DNA of 64,000 nucleotides from an uncultured archaeon (GTDB lineage Archaea; Thermoproteota; Nitrososphaeria; Nitrososphaerales; Gagatemarchaeaceae): the NCBI GenBank assembly GCA_963799775.1, contig CAWCYD010000003.1, positions 1,024,001 through 1,088,000 of the forward strand. Direction: 5' to 3'. Position 1 is the first letter of the stretch. Every line of letters starts with the position of its first letter. The position numbers and the translations under genes are program-made. Below the pieces are notes generated by a model. That model had not been told where the DNA came from. It searched no databases and saw only the letters and a list, made by a program, of their open reading frames with translations. Positions 1-10,601 of the stretch are shown here, piece by piece.

Positions 1-622
1 CTCGAAGAGGACCGAGTGCCCCTCCTCGTTCGTCTTCATGATCTCCTCGCCGACGTCTCCCACGAGGCCCTTCAACGAGGCCTTTGCGGACTGGGTCCAG
101 CCCTCCATGGGGGGCGTCTTCTTCATGAACGAGCGGTAGAACGCGAGCGCGGACCTTAGGTCGAATGCGCCCCCTCTCGAGGTCTCCGGCCCTGGGCGTG
201 AGGCGGAGCGCGCGCATCGCGTAGGACGGGCCGATCCCTCTCTTGGTCGTCCCGATCGCCCTGTCTCCCCGCAGCTCCTCGATGAAGGCGTCCATCTCCT
301 TCTCCAGAGGGGTAACTATGGTGCACCTCCCGTCGACCATGAGGTTCGGCTTGTGGCCCTCGCGCTTTATCATCTCGACCTCCTCCGTGAGCGTCTGGGG
401 GTCCACTGCCACGCCGGGACCGATGAGGAGCCTCTTCCCCTTTAGGAGGCCGGATGGGAGCAGGTGGAAGACGTAGCTCTTCTTCCCGATCACTATGGTG
501 TGGCCGGCGTTGCTCCCTCCGTTGTAGCGGACGACGGAATGGAACCTGTCAGCGTAGTAGTCTACAATCTTCCCTTTGCCTTCGTCTCCCCACTGGAGAC
601 CGACGATGCAAAGGTTACGCAA
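1..622 (-). CDS. purA: Adenylosuccinate synthetase, 3' end outside window; apparent frameshift near 170
   Basis: Manual translation from TTG at 622 gives GLQWGDEGKGKIVD, YNGGSNAGHT and IGTTKRGIGPSY. The frame changes at a C homopolymer near 170. Confidence 0.93.
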   Translation of the reverse strand, partial: MRNLCIVGLQWGDEGKGKIVDYYADRFHSVVRYNGGSNAGHTIVIGKKSYVFHLLPSGLLKGKRLLIGPGVAVDPQTLTEEVEMIKREGHKPNLMVDGRCTIVTPLEKEMDAFIEELRGDRAIGTTKRGIGPSYAMRALRLTPRAGDLERGRIRPKVRARVLPLVHEEDAPHGGLDPVRKGLVEGPRGRRRRGDHEDERGGALGPLR

Positions 623-709
623 ACCGCGCCACCTACGTCGAGCGGAATTTAACTGTATACGGGGAAAAAGTCAGAAAGGCCCTTGCATCTTGCAGTCGGG
701 GTCGCCCGC

Positions 710-1835
710 CTATCCCGCCTGTCCGTCCTCTTGGGTCGAGGCTCCTGGTCCGCTCTCCTTCGTCTCGTTCGAATGCTCGACGATCCTCGAGATCTCTCCC
801 TTGGAGAGGGTGTGGCTGGGCTTCTCTGGAAGTATCCCCTGAGGCCTCAGGAGCAGCACGACGATCAGGAGAGACCCGAAGAGAAGGTACTCGAGCCAGG
901 TAACGTCGAACGGGAGGACGTCCTGCAGGTAGAACTTCGTCGCGTCGATATACTGGAGGAGGAAGATGAAGACGAAGTGCCCGATGGCGACTCCGGAGTT
1001 GCTGGCCACGCCTCCCAAGATAACTATGAGCCAGGGCCAGAATGTCCAGGTGACCCTGTCGTAGGTTGCCGCGTTGGTGTCCCCCGTGTAGATTGTGTAC
1101 AGTGCTCCTGCGACCCCGGTAATGATTGAGGCGATTATCAAGACGTTCCTCCTGAGCACGACGGTGTCCTTCCCCAATGCCTCAGCCGCAGCTTCGTTGT
1201 CCCTCAGGGCCCTCAGAGTCCTTCCGAGAGGTGCACCTGACCATCCTCTCCGCGTAGATGTAGACGACCAGCGCGAAGGCCGCGATGAGGAGGGTCGCTC
1301 CGATGGTGGCATTTGAGCCCATCCACGCGAAGAAGTTAGGTATCCCAATCCCCAGATATCCGTTGATTATCGGAGTGTAGTTGCCGAGGAAGACCTGGAA
1401 GAACGCGGCCGACCCTAGGAGGAGCATCGCCAGATAGTCTTCGCGGAGCCTTATGGCCGGGAATATGGAGATGTACCCCAGGACGCCGCCGACCAACCCT
1501 CCGATGGCCATCGTGATGGCGATCAGGACCAGCGAGGCAGGGATGTCCGAACGGAGCATCGTGGTGAGTTTTCCAGCGATCAGGAAGTTGTCGAAGCCGA
1601 CGACGTTCCCCGGGACGTGCATTATCCACGCTGCAGCCCGGATGGCGACGCTGCCCGAGAACGCAGCCCCTCCCATGAAGTAGAGGACTTTGCCGAAGTT
1701 CGGGATGCCGGCGTATCCCATCTCGAGGTTCAGGCTTATGCTGATAATGAGGTAGAGGGCGAAGAAGGCGAGGAGCCCGCTGAGGAACGAGGTCCAGTCC
1801 GTTATCCCGAGGAACGCGAACTGGGACAGCATCAT
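710..1835 (-). CDS. livM: Branched-chain amino acid ABC permease (LivM-like), frameshift near 1240
   Basis: Joined ORFs 1182..1952 and 710..1348; motifs SLNLEMGYAGIPNFG, RLREDYLAM, GRTLRALRDNEAAAEALG, LRPQGI. Confidence 0.85.
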
Positions 1836-2763
1836 TTCCTCCACCTTGAGAGCGGCCGCCTCCAGTGAAGCGACGTTATCCCTCCTGGCAGGACTAGCAA
1901 CGTGACGACCATTACGAGCAGCGGGATGCCGGGCTGATAGGCCGTCACCCACGACCCGATGTACTGAGCCCCCAACGTCGTGACCACGATCTCGCTTCCG
2001 CCCACGACGAGCCCTCCGACCACCGCCCCGTAGATGCTCTTGAGGCCCCCGAGGATGCTGCCTGCGAACATCGATATCAGGAGGATCGACCCGATGTCAG
2101 GCTCCCCTCCGAGCCAGAAGGAGTAGAAGACGCCCGCGATGGCCGCGACGCCCCCCGCGATGAACCACGATGTGACATAGATCGCCTCGGTGTTCACCCC
2201 GACCACTTTTGCGAGGTTTGAGTTCTCCACAGTTGCCCTCATCGCAAGCCCGAAACGAGTCCGCGTCATCACAAGGTACAAGATGACCGTTGTGAGCGCA
2301 AGTGCCGTGGGGGCGACGTACACGACTCCGTTCACCCCGAAGAGGGTGAAGTCGGCCCCCGTGAGCGCATAGAAGAGCTTCGCATCATAGACCTCCTTCG
2401 CCTGATAGAGGTAGTCCGAGTAGATTCCGAAGATCCCGACGAATACGATGTCGACCGCCAGGGTGGCGATCATGAGGGAGATAATCGAGGCGCCCCTCTT
2501 GGAGAGCGGCCTTAGAACGATTAGATAGATGGCGACCGCTACGAACCCGCCGACCAGGAAAGAGATTGGAAGGGTCGCGTAGGGGTTGATCCTGTTGATG
2601 CGGAAAAGCGCGAAACCGGTATAGAGGCCCACCGTGACGAGGGCCCCCTGGGCGAAGTTCGGCACTTTGGTGGTGATGTAGGTGAGCGTGAGACTGACGC
2701 TCATCAGGCCAAAGAGGCACCGTATACAATCGCGCTGATGACGTACGGCGGTAGAGCGAAGAT
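1832..2763 (-). CDS. livH: Branched-chain amino acid ABC permease (LivH-like); start uncertain, frameshift near 2720
   Basis: Motifs LTLTYITTKVPNFAQG, RTRFGLAMRATVEN, ILGGLKSIYGA; stop overlaps the livM start. Confidence 0.82.
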
Positions 2764-2830
2764 CGCCTACACCCTTCGAAGTCAAAACCCCGCTCAAGTC
2801 TTAAATAGTTTCCTAAGCTATCGGGCCCGC

Positions 2831-4174
2831 ATGAGACTATTGAGAAGGGGGGCGGCCTCCACCGCTATGATGGCAGCTTTGCTTGTAGTAGGACTGCTCG
2901 TGGGGGCGGGACTCACATACGCCGTATCCTCTGGCTCAAAGTCGACCGTGACCTCGACAGAGACAATTACCGGGACGGGAGCTGCGAGCGGACTCTCCGG
3001 GACCATCAACATTGGGCTGCTGACAGACCTCTCGGGGAGCCTCTCGGCCATAGGCACCCAGATCAAGACAGCCCAGGGTCTCGCCATTAGCGATATCAAC
3101 GCCTATCTTCCGACGGTAGGGGTGACCAACGTCAAGTTTGCGAGCATCTCTGAAGACACGGGTTCGAACCCAGCGACCGCTCTGACCGACCTGCAGACCC
3201 TCCATTCCGACGGAGTCACAGTCGTAGTTGGGCCGATAACGAGCAGTGAGGCAAGCAACATCCTCTCGTATTCACAATCCAACCAGATCGTTTTGATCAG
3301 TCCGTCCTCGACCGCAATCAGCTTGGCAGGCGCGAGCCCGTACCTGTTCAGGCTGGTCCCCAACGACGCGGCTCAGAGCTTTGCGATCGCCCGCGCTCTG
3401 GTGACCCAGAACATCACGGACATCGTTCCGATCAACCAGCAGAGCGTGTACGGCACTGGGCTCGCCAACGCCACGATGAACAGGTTCGCGACGCTAGGAG
3501 GGCACTCTGAGGCGGAGATCCAGTACGCCACGACGGCGACAGACTTCACGCCGACGTTGACAACAGCCCAGAGCGAGTACCAGTCCGCGGTAGCCAAGTA
3601 CGGGGCGAGCCACGTGGCCGTCGTCGCGATAGGGTTCCAAGAGGTGGGACAGATGCTCGTCCAAGCAAAGAGCAGCTTCTCCGGCCTTCTCGCCACGACC
3701 TGGTTCGGCTCGGACGGCGAGTCACAGAACACCGATTTCACGAACTCCACCAGCGCAGCGGCCCCCGTAGCGGCCCAGGTGAAGCTCCTCAGCACCATCG
3801 GCCAGTCGCCGTCGCCCTCGGCCAAGACAGAGGCCTTCTACGCGGAGTTCAACGCCACGGCTCACACGACCCCTGTGTCGTATGCGACCAACGCGTACGA
3901 CGCGACCTGGGTTGCCGCGTTGTCAATCCTGGCGGCGGGCAGCAACACCGGTCAGGCGATCGCAAAAGCGTTCCCTGGCGTCGCCAACAACTTCTACGGA
4001 GCCTCAGGTTGGACTGAGCTGCAGCCAACGGGCCAGCTCGGAGCAGGCCATGACGAAGCGCCGGTCGGGTACGACGTCTACGGCGTGCAGACGGTGAGCG
4101 GGACCACGCAATGGGTCTTGGAAGCGACCTACTCCTCGGGCACCGACACCATAGCCTGGCAGCCAGGAATGTAA
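2831..4174 (+). CDS. ABC substrate-binding protein, LivJ/K (type I periplasmic binding) family, N-terminal membrane anchor
   Basis: TM segment, Ser/Thr linker, IGLLTDLSG, VVGPITS, LISPSSTA, FRLVPND, AYDA. Confidence 0.88.
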   Translation: MRLLRRGAASTAMMAALLVVGLLVGAGLTYAVSSGSKSTVTSTETITGTGAASGLSGTINIGLLTDLSGSLSAIGTQIKTAQGLAISDINAYLPTVGVTNVKFASISEDTGSNPATALTDLQTLHSDGVTVVVGPITSSEASNILSYSQSNQIVLISPSSTAISLAGASPYLFRLVPNDAAQSFAIARALVTQNITDIVPINQQSVYGTGLANATMNRFATLGGHSEAEIQYATTATDFTPTLTTAQSEYQSAVAKYGASHVAVVAIGFQEVGQMLVQAKSSFSGLLATTWFGSDGESQNTDFTNSTSAAAPVAAQVKLLSTIGQSPSPSAKTEAFYAEFNATAHTTPVSYATNAYDATWVAALSILAAGSNTGQAIAKAFPGVANNFYGASGWTELQPTGQLGAGHDEAPVGYDVYGVQTVSGTTQWVLEATYSSGTDTIAWQPGM

Positions 4175-4218
4175 GTCCCTGGAACGCCTTAAAGACGAGT
4201 TCCATCCCTGCTTTTTCA

Positions 4219-4986
4219 ATGCCCGCGGCAAAGGACATCCTGCAGGTCAAAGACCTCGCCAAGTCCTTCGGCAAGCTCCAGGCAGTCGACGGAATCTCGT
4301 TCGACCTACAGGCGAAGAAGATAACGATCCTGATAGGGCCGAACGGGTCGGGGAAGACGACGTTGGTCAACCTCATCTCGGGGTTCTACAAGCCCGACCG
4401 GGGCGACGTCTTCTACAAGTCGAAGCGGATAACGGGCTGGGCCCCGCACAGGGTGTACCGAGCCGGCATCGCGAGGACGTTTCAGATCCCGGCGCTGTTC
4501 TCGAGGCTGAGCGTCCTCGAGAACGTCCTCGTCGCGGAGAAGCATAACCCCGGCGAGGGGTTCCTCCGGGCCCCGCTCGAGACGCTCTGGAAGGGTGCAG
4601 AGGAGCGCTCGACGGAGCGCGCGGCAAAGATCCTCGAGCTCTTGGGGCTCTCCAAGCTCTGGGAGAGGCAGGCGAACGCGCTGAGCGGCGGCCAGATGAA
4701 GCTGCTCGAGATTGGGCGCGCGCTCATGAGCGGGGCGGACCTCCTGCTCCTCGACGAGCCTATCTCCGGCGTCAACCCGACCCTTGCCCACGAGATATTC
4801 AACACGATCGTCCGGCTAAGAGAGGAGCTGGGCGTCACCTTCCTGATAATTGAGCACAGGCTCGACATCGCCCTGGGATATGTGGACAGCGTGATAGCGA
4901 TGGCGTATGGGAAGCTCATCGCCTCCGGGTCGCCGGACTCGGTGATCGGCGACCCCCACGTAATCGAAGCCTACCTCGGTGCCTAG
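4219..4986 (+). CDS. livG: ABC ATP-binding protein LivG-like
   Basis: GPNGSGKTT, GIARTFQ, LSGGQ, LLLLDEP, C-terminal VIEAYLG. Confidence 0.9.
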   Translation: MPAAKDILQVKDLAKSFGKLQAVDGISFDLQAKKITILIGPNGSGKTTLVNLISGFYKPDRGDVFYKSKRITGWAPHRVYRAGIARTFQIPALFSRLSVLENVLVAEKHNPGEGFLRAPLETLWKGAEERSTERAAKILELLGLSKLWERQANALSGGQMKLLEIGRALMSGADLLLLDEPISGVNPTLAHEIFNTIVRLREELGVTFLIIEHRLDIALGYVDSVIAMAYGKLIASGSPDSVIGDPHVIEAYLGA

Positions 4987-5701
4987 TTTGCTGGACGTCG
5001 AAGGCCTCTACGCCGGCTATGGGAAGCTCCAGATCCTCAACGGCGTCACCCTGGAGGCCTCGCCCGGGAAGGTCACGGTGATAGTCGGCCCGAACGGCTC
5101 GGGCAAGAGCACCCTCCTCAAATCGATCTCGGGGATAGCCTCGATCTTCCAGGGTAGCATCGAACTCGACGGGGTCGCCCTCGTGGGCAAGTCTCCGACG
5201 GAGATCGCCAGGCGGGGGGTGGCCTACCTGCCCCAGACCGACAACATCTTCACCGTTCTGACGGTGAAGGAGAACCTTCGTCTTGCCGGGTACACGGTGA
5301 GCGAGAGCGACTACGCCGCGAGGTTCCAGGCTGCCCTCGCGCTCTTCCCGCAGCTCTCAAGGTACCTCGAGACGAAGTCTTCCAACCTCAGCGGAGGGGA
5401 GAGACAGATGGTTGCCATGGCGATGGCGATGATGAGGAAACCCAGCGTCGTCATGTTCGACGAGCCCACTGCGAACCTCGCGCCGAAGATAGCCACCCAG
5501 GTGCTGGAGACCGTGGCCACGATAACGAGGAGCATGAACCTCACGACCGTGCTCGTCGAGCAGAACGCCAAGCGCGCGCTGGAGATGGGGGACGAGGCGT
5601 TCCTTCTGGTCAGCGGCAAGACGGTGTTCAGCGGGACCTGCAAGGAGCTGCTCGAGCACAAGGAGCTGGGAAGGCTGTACCTGGGTCTGCAACGGGCCTA
5701 G
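4979..5701 (+). CDS. livF: ABC ATP-binding protein LivF-like
   Basis: GPNGSGKST, LSGGERQM, LVEQNA, LYLG. Confidence 0.9.
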   Translation: MPSLLDVEGLYAGYGKLQILNGVTLEASPGKVTVIVGPNGSGKSTLLKSISGIASIFQGSIELDGVALVGKSPTEIARRGVAYLPQTDNIFTVLTVKENLRLAGYTVSESDYAARFQAALALFPQLSRYLETKSSNLSGGERQMVAMAMAMMRKPSVVMFDEPTANLAPKIATQVLETVATITRSMNLTTVLVEQNAKRALEMGDEAFLLVSGKTVFSGTCKELLEHKELGRLYLGLQRA

Positions 5702-5813
5702 AGTCATGAAACGCCTAGCCATCAGGCTGCTCGCACTGGGAAGCGCCGACCCCTGCCCGTCTTCGCCCCTTGTTGTCTCAAAACGTTAATTGGAGGGTAC
5801 GGTAAGGGTTGCC

Positions 5814-6203
5814 ATGGACGCGTCCAAGCTCATCGACAAGCGAATCGCAGAGCTCGACGACTGGCGCGGGCAGACGTTTACCGGGCTCCGGAAAGTCATC
5901 CACGAAGCGGACCCCGAGGCAGTCGAGGAAGTAAAGTGGATCAAGTCTGACAAGCCGCTGGGCACCGCGGTCTGGTCCCACAACGGAGGGGTCGTGCTTG
6001 TGAACGCGTTCAAGGACAAGGTCAACCTGACCTTCTACGAGGGCGCGCGGCTTGCGGATCCGAAGAAGCTCTTCAACTCACGCCTCGAGGGCCACCGGTG
6101 GCGGGCGATAGACTTCAGCGAGGGGGACAAGATCAACGAGCCTGCCCTGAAGGCTTTGATACGCGCCGCGGTCGCTTACAACACTTCCAAGCCGAGAAAG
6201 TGA
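5814..6203 (+). CDS. DUF1801 (YdhG-like) protein
   Basis: DWRG..LRKVIHEADP..EEVKW, GARLADPKKLFN, RAIDF. Confidence 0.8.
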   Translation: MDASKLIDKRIAELDDWRGQTFTGLRKVIHEADPEAVEEVKWIKSDKPLGTAVWSHNGGVVLVNAFKDKVNLTFYEGARLADPKKLFNSRLEGHRWRAIDFSEGDKINEPALKALIRAAVAYNTSKPRK

Positions 6204-6237
6204 AGGGGATCGAGTGGGAGCGCCAGCAGAGGAGAAG

Positions 6238-6325
6238 TGGCGCCGGCGACGAGATTTGAACTCGCAAGCCCTTTCGAGCGGCAGCTTTCCAGGCTGCTGG
6301 GTTACCAGGTTACCCATACGCCGGC
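6238..6325 (-). tRNA. tRNA-Ser(GGA), long variable arm, encoded CCA
   Basis: Acceptor GCCGGCG/CGCCGGC, anticodon stem GCAGC-CT GGA AA-GCTGC, variable hairpin GCTC-GAAA-GGGC, T-loop TTCAAAT, ends GCCA. Confidence 0.93.
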
Positions 6326-6404
6326 TTGAGGGCAGCCGTCTTTCATGAGTTAGAAATAGGTTGCCCGCTCAGCACAATAACCTCCGTCGCCGGGACGCTG
6401 GAAG

Positions 6405-7601
6405 ATGAACGCGCGGCAGCTCGTAGCGGTCTTCGCTGTCCTCCTGCCGGCCTTCATGTACGGCTTCTATCGCTTCTCAGTGGGCGTCCTGGTCCCCACG
6501 CTCGAGAAGGTCTACTCCGTCGGCGACCCTACGGCCGGTGCGATAGTCTCCGGGTCGGTGGGGCTCGTAGGAATCGGCGTGATCGCCTCGGGGTTCCTCT
6601 CGCAGCGCTACGGCGACCTGAAGGTGATCCTCGGAGGGCTGGTCCTCTTTTCAGTGGCGATGGCCGCAGTCACCATCTCCGCCGGCATAGCGGCCTTCTC
6701 AGCCCTCTTCCTGGTCGCGTCGCTCGGCAGCGGGCTGGTCATCACCCCTTCGTATAGCATCGCCGCAGCGCTCTTCCCCAAGCGCAAGGGGTTCGCCGCC
6801 AGCTACGTCTCGGCTGGATACAACTTCGCAGGTTTCATAGGGCCCGCCGCGACCTCCTACCTTCTGGCAGGCTACGGGTGGAACGCGCCGTTCTTGATGT
6901 TCACAGGGGTGGGCCTCCTGATCTTCCTCGTTGTGATCGCGGTCCTCGGGAGGGGGGCACCCCCGTCGTCGGGCAGCGGACTGAGGTCGTTCGCGAGCCT
7001 CTTGAAGATCAGGGTCGTGCGGGTCTTGTCCCTAGCCGTCTTCTTCGCGGACCTCGGCTTCCTCGTCTATCTCTCGTGGGCCCCGAAGTTCCTCGCCCTG
7101 AACTTTGGCGCGACGGCGAGCGACGCGACGACCCTGGACTCCGTCTTCGGGATAGGGCTCGGACTTGGAGGACTGGGAACGCTCGCCGGAGGCAACCTCT
7201 ACGACCGGATAGGAGGGAGGAAGAGCATAGTCGTCGCCGGATTACTCCCCGCCGGGGCGCTGGTCGGCACATATCTGGCGCCCTCGTTCCTGGTGGTGGT
7301 CGTCTTCGTCCTCTTGACTGGGATCCTGGGGAACATCTTCTGGCCCTTGATCACGGCGATGTGCCAGGAGAACGTCTCGCAGCAGGACAGGACTGCCGCC
7401 ACGAGCGTGGTCCAGACCGCCGGGTTCGTGGGGGCCTTCATCGGGCCTGGACTCGCCGGGGCGGCTGGCGGGCCGATCGCACCCGTGCTCCTGCTGACCT
7501 CCGCAGCGCCGTACCTCGTCCTCACGTTCATAGGCGGCGTGTTCTACGTCGACCCCAAGCGTCAGGCCGCGCCAAGGACTATAACCGGCGAGACTGGGTG
7601 A
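6405..7601 (+). CDS. MFS transporter
   Basis: About 12 hydrophobic segments; motif A-like GFLSQRYG and GNLYDRIGGRK. Confidence 0.88.
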   Translation: MNARQLVAVFAVLLPAFMYGFYRFSVGVLVPTLEKVYSVGDPTAGAIVSGSVGLVGIGVIASGFLSQRYGDLKVILGGLVLFSVAMAAVTISAGIAAFSALFLVASLGSGLVITPSYSIAAALFPKRKGFAASYVSAGYNFAGFIGPAATSYLLAGYGWNAPFLMFTGVGLLIFLVVIAVLGRGAPPSSGSGLRSFASLLKIRVVRVLSLAVFFADLGFLVYLSWAPKFLALNFGATASDATTLDSVFGIGLGLGGLGTLAGGNLYDRIGGRKSIVVAGLLPAGALVGTYLAPSFLVVVVFVLLTGILGNIFWPLITAMCQENVSQQDRTAATSVVQTAGFVGAFIGPGLAGAAGGPIAPVLLLTSAAPYLVLTFIGGVFYVDPKRQAAPRTITGETG

Positions 7602-7610
7602 GGAGCGTCC

Positions 7611-8435
7611 TTGGTCCGGATCATCGACGCCCACGTCCATTCTTCTGACAAGCTCAGGGACGACAGGCTGAGGCCGTACGCCGAGCTCAACGGGTTGAGG
7701 TACGACCTGGCGGAGCTCCTCGACCTCATGGAGAGGAACGACGTCGAGAAGGGCCTCCTGCTCAGCCCCCCGATGGGGAGCGGGGCGCCCTTGCCCAACC
7801 CGCAGGTGGTGAAGCTCTGCGGGAAGAGCAGGGGCAGGCTGTCGCCTGTCTTCACGGTCGAGCCGGAGCAGAAGGCGGTGACTGAGGCCCTGAGGGAGGC
7901 GAGGCGCTCCGGCGAGGTGAAGGCCTTCAAGATATGGTTGGGCTATCGCAAGGTGTACGCGACCGACCCCGTCTTCGGTCCTCTCTACGACTACGCGGAG
8001 GAGAGAGGGCTTCCGGTCCTCTTCCACACGGGGGACACGGCGAGCAGCGACGGCAGCCTGGTCCACGCGCACCCCCTGACCCTTGACGAGCTGGCCAACG
8101 AGCGCGAGGACTTGAAGGTCGTCATATGCCATCTCGGGAACCCATGGATCCTGGACACCGCAGAGTTGCTCTACAAGCATAAGAGCGTCTACGCCGACAT
8201 CTCGGGGCTCGTCGTCGGCGGGGGCGGATACTCGAAGGAATACGTCGAGCTCCTCGCACAGAGGATCAGCGAGGCCGTCTTCTACGCCGGAGGGGCGGAC
8301 AAGTTCATCTTCGGGACCGACTATCCGGTCGAGACATACGCCAACGGCCTCAGTCTCGTCTCGAGGCTGAAGATCACTCCTGCGGACAAGGAGAAGATCC
8401 TCTGGCGGAACGCCGCGAAGGTCTACTCGCTGTGA
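7611..8435 (+). CDS. Amidohydrolase_2 family metal-dependent hydrolase
   Basis: IIDAHVH, PVLFHTG, ICHLGNP, FGTDYP, NAAKVY. Confidence 0.88.
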   Translation: MVRIIDAHVHSSDKLRDDRLRPYAELNGLRYDLAELLDLMERNDVEKGLLLSPPMGSGAPLPNPQVVKLCGKSRGRLSPVFTVEPEQKAVTEALREARRSGEVKAFKIWLGYRKVYATDPVFGPLYDYAEERGLPVLFHTGDTASSDGSLVHAHPLTLDELANEREDLKVVICHLGNPWILDTAELLYKHKSVYADISGLVVGGGGYSKEYVELLAQRISEAVFYAGGADKFIFGTDYPVETYANGLSLVSRLKITPADKEKILWRNAAKVYSL

Positions 8436-8941
8436 CGGACCAGCCAGTGGAGGTCTCGGACGTGCCAAGGGCCGAGAGGGCGAAGCTCTTCCCCATACTC
8501 GAACAGAGCTTCGAGGGCATCTACCTCTGGCACGCGCGGCGCACGCTCCGGAGCATAGAGACCGTGCGGGTGGCCAGGACCGCCGAAGGCGACGACGCAG
8601 GGCTGATAATGCTGAAGCAGGTAACGGAAGGGGCCGGGTACGTCTACTACGTGGCCGTCCACCCGAGGTTCAGGGGGATGGGCATAGGCGGGAGGCTCCT
8701 CGACGGGGCCCTGGAGGATTTCGCGAAGAGGGGATTCGAGGACGTCTACGCGAGCGTGGAGGAGGACAACCTAGGGTCGAAGAGGCTGTTCGAGTCTAGG
8801 GGGTTCGCGAGGCTGGAGGGATCTGAGATGTCCGAGAGGTACGGACGGCTGCGCTCTTTCGTCATGTATCGCGAGATGATGGTGGTCCGCGGCGAGGTGC
8901 TCCTGGGCAAGCGCCTGGGCGGCCCCAATAGGGAAGCCTAG
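8432..8941 (+). CDS. GNAT acetyltransferase
   Basis: VAVHPRFRGMGIG motif A and N...F...GF; GTGA overlap with upstream gene. Confidence 0.85.
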   Translation: MTDQPVEVSDVPRAERAKLFPILEQSFEGIYLWHARRTLRSIETVRVARTAEGDDAGLIMLKQVTEGAGYVYYVAVHPRFRGMGIGGRLLDGALEDFAKRGFEDVYASVEEDNLGSKRLFESRGFARLEGSEMSERYGRLRSFVMYREMMVVRGEVLLGKRLGGPNREA

Positions 8942-9974
8942 TCACCCGGCGCTCGCGGTCGCTTCCGGCTCGTCCGGCTTGTCCTGCTTCTTCCACATCT
9001 TGGGGTAGGTTCCTTGGTCCATGATCACGCGCCTGACGGGGAAGGCGATCCCCTTCGGGGATGCCTGGACCTCTTCCGTGGTCATCGAGGCCTCCGCGAT
9101 GCCTATGAGCTCTCCCTTGGCAGTGAGGAGGACGACGGTCTCGCCCTTCGCGATGCCCTGCGAGAGCGAGATCACGCCCGGGATGGCGAGCATCGCTCCG
9201 TGGCAGACCGCGTCCACCGCGGAGTCCTTGACGACAACCTTCTTGATCCCCTCGAGACAGGACTCGATGGGCCAGACCGCCTTGCGGAGCCTGGTCTCCA
9301 GCCCGTCCTTCTTCCACTCTTGCATCGCGATGTCAAGCTCGTGGAGCGTCACGATCCCCTTGTTCTCGTCGAGTGGACCGACCTCGGTCCTACGGAGCTC
9401 CACCATCGTGGCGCCGACGACGAGCACCTCGCCGATGTCGTAGAAGAGCTTCCTGATGTAGGTGCCTGCCTGGCAGACGCACCTGAGCAGGTAGAGGTTC
9501 CCCTTCTGCTCTATGACCTCGAGCTCGTAGATCCTGCGCGTCCTCGTCTCCCTCTTGACGGATGAACGTTTGCGGAGGTCGCTGGTAGATCTCGTCTGTG
9601 AACTCGGCCAGCACCCTGTCGACCTCCTCGCGGGGGACGGAAGAGTGCAGCCGCATTATCCCGACGTACTCCTTCGGGAAGAGGAGCAGGAGGCCAAGCG
9701 CCTTCGTCGCCCTCCCCAAGCCGATCGGGAGCATCCCTGAGACCCCGGGGTCGAGTGTGCCGCTGTGGCCTGCCTTGTCCACGCCGGTCAGCCGCCTCAC
9801 CCAGGAGACCTCCTCGTGGCTGGTGGGGCCTTGCGTCTTGTCCAGTGGGATCAGGCCGTAGTCGAGCAGCTTCTTGACCGGCCGCTTCGAAGGCTCCCAC
9901 CCGTAGTTCGGGTCGGTGGGCTCGTCGCTGATGGTGACCATCCTGCCGGTCACCTGGCCCTTCAGGACGCTCAA
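8942..9974 (-). CDS. cbf5: H/ACA pseudouridine synthase Cbf5, frameshift near 9570
   Basis: DKTQGPTSH, GHSGTLDP, IYQRPP, MVELRRT, PUA domain, YPKMW. Confidence 0.93.
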
Positions 9975-10585
9975 GCCGCTTTCTTCTTCTTTCTGCTTGC
10001 AGGCCTCTTGGGGGCTGGCTTCTTCTTGCCGGTGTGGTCGGGGAGCTGCTGGAAGACCGCGTCCGCAACCTTCTCCGCCGGGACGCCGTCGGTCCCGACT
10101 ATGATGTTGAAGGGCGAGAGGTCCATTCCCGAAGCGGATCCCGTAGAGCTTCTTGTAGAGGAGGTAGTTCTCAGTGTCCCTGGCCTCTATGACCTTCGTG
10201 CACTCCTCCGGCGAGGTAGAGTCGCGCTTCGCCATCCTCTCCGCCCGGCTCCTCTTAGTCCCCGAGAGCCAGACCTTCACGCCGTCCTTCGCGAGCCAGG
10301 GCAGCGTGTAACTCGTTATCACGACGTCGCCCTTCTCCGCCCTCTTGAGCAGCCTCTTGTCGACCTCCTTGTCGAACTCGGGGCCCCTGCGCGCTCTTCC
10401 ATGAACCTCATCCCCTCCTCTGTGTCCCACCAGTCGTCCCCCACGGCGTTGTACCCCTCCTCGAGGGCGATCTCCTTGAGTATGTCCCCGCCGCCGATGA
10501 CCTTCAGCTTCAGGCGAGAGGCTAGGAGCTTCGCTACAGTGGTCTTGCCTACCGCTGGCATCCCGCAGAGAATAATGGCCTTCAA
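9971..10585 (-). CDS. cmk: Cytidylate kinase (archaeal type), several apparent frameshifts
   Basis: GMPAVGKTT, GGGDILK, FDKEVDK, RAERMAKRD, YKKLYGI; syntenic position before cbf5. Confidence 0.8.
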
Positions 10586-10601
10586 GGTCTATGCAGTCGG
10601 G

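Noticed and set aside
5700-6240. Integrated element at tRNA-Ser
   Set aside because: No integrase and no repeat of the tRNA 3' end seen in the window.
7242-8468. Long antisense or alternate-frame ORFs (also 27898..29193, 44277..45551 and others)
   Set aside because: Shadows of real genes in a GC-rich genome; Arg/Pro/Gly-rich with no motifs.
9390-10430. Cmk-Cbf5 fusion
   Set aside because: Artefact of frameshifts; the cbf5 TTG overlaps a plausible cmk TGA at 9971-9974.
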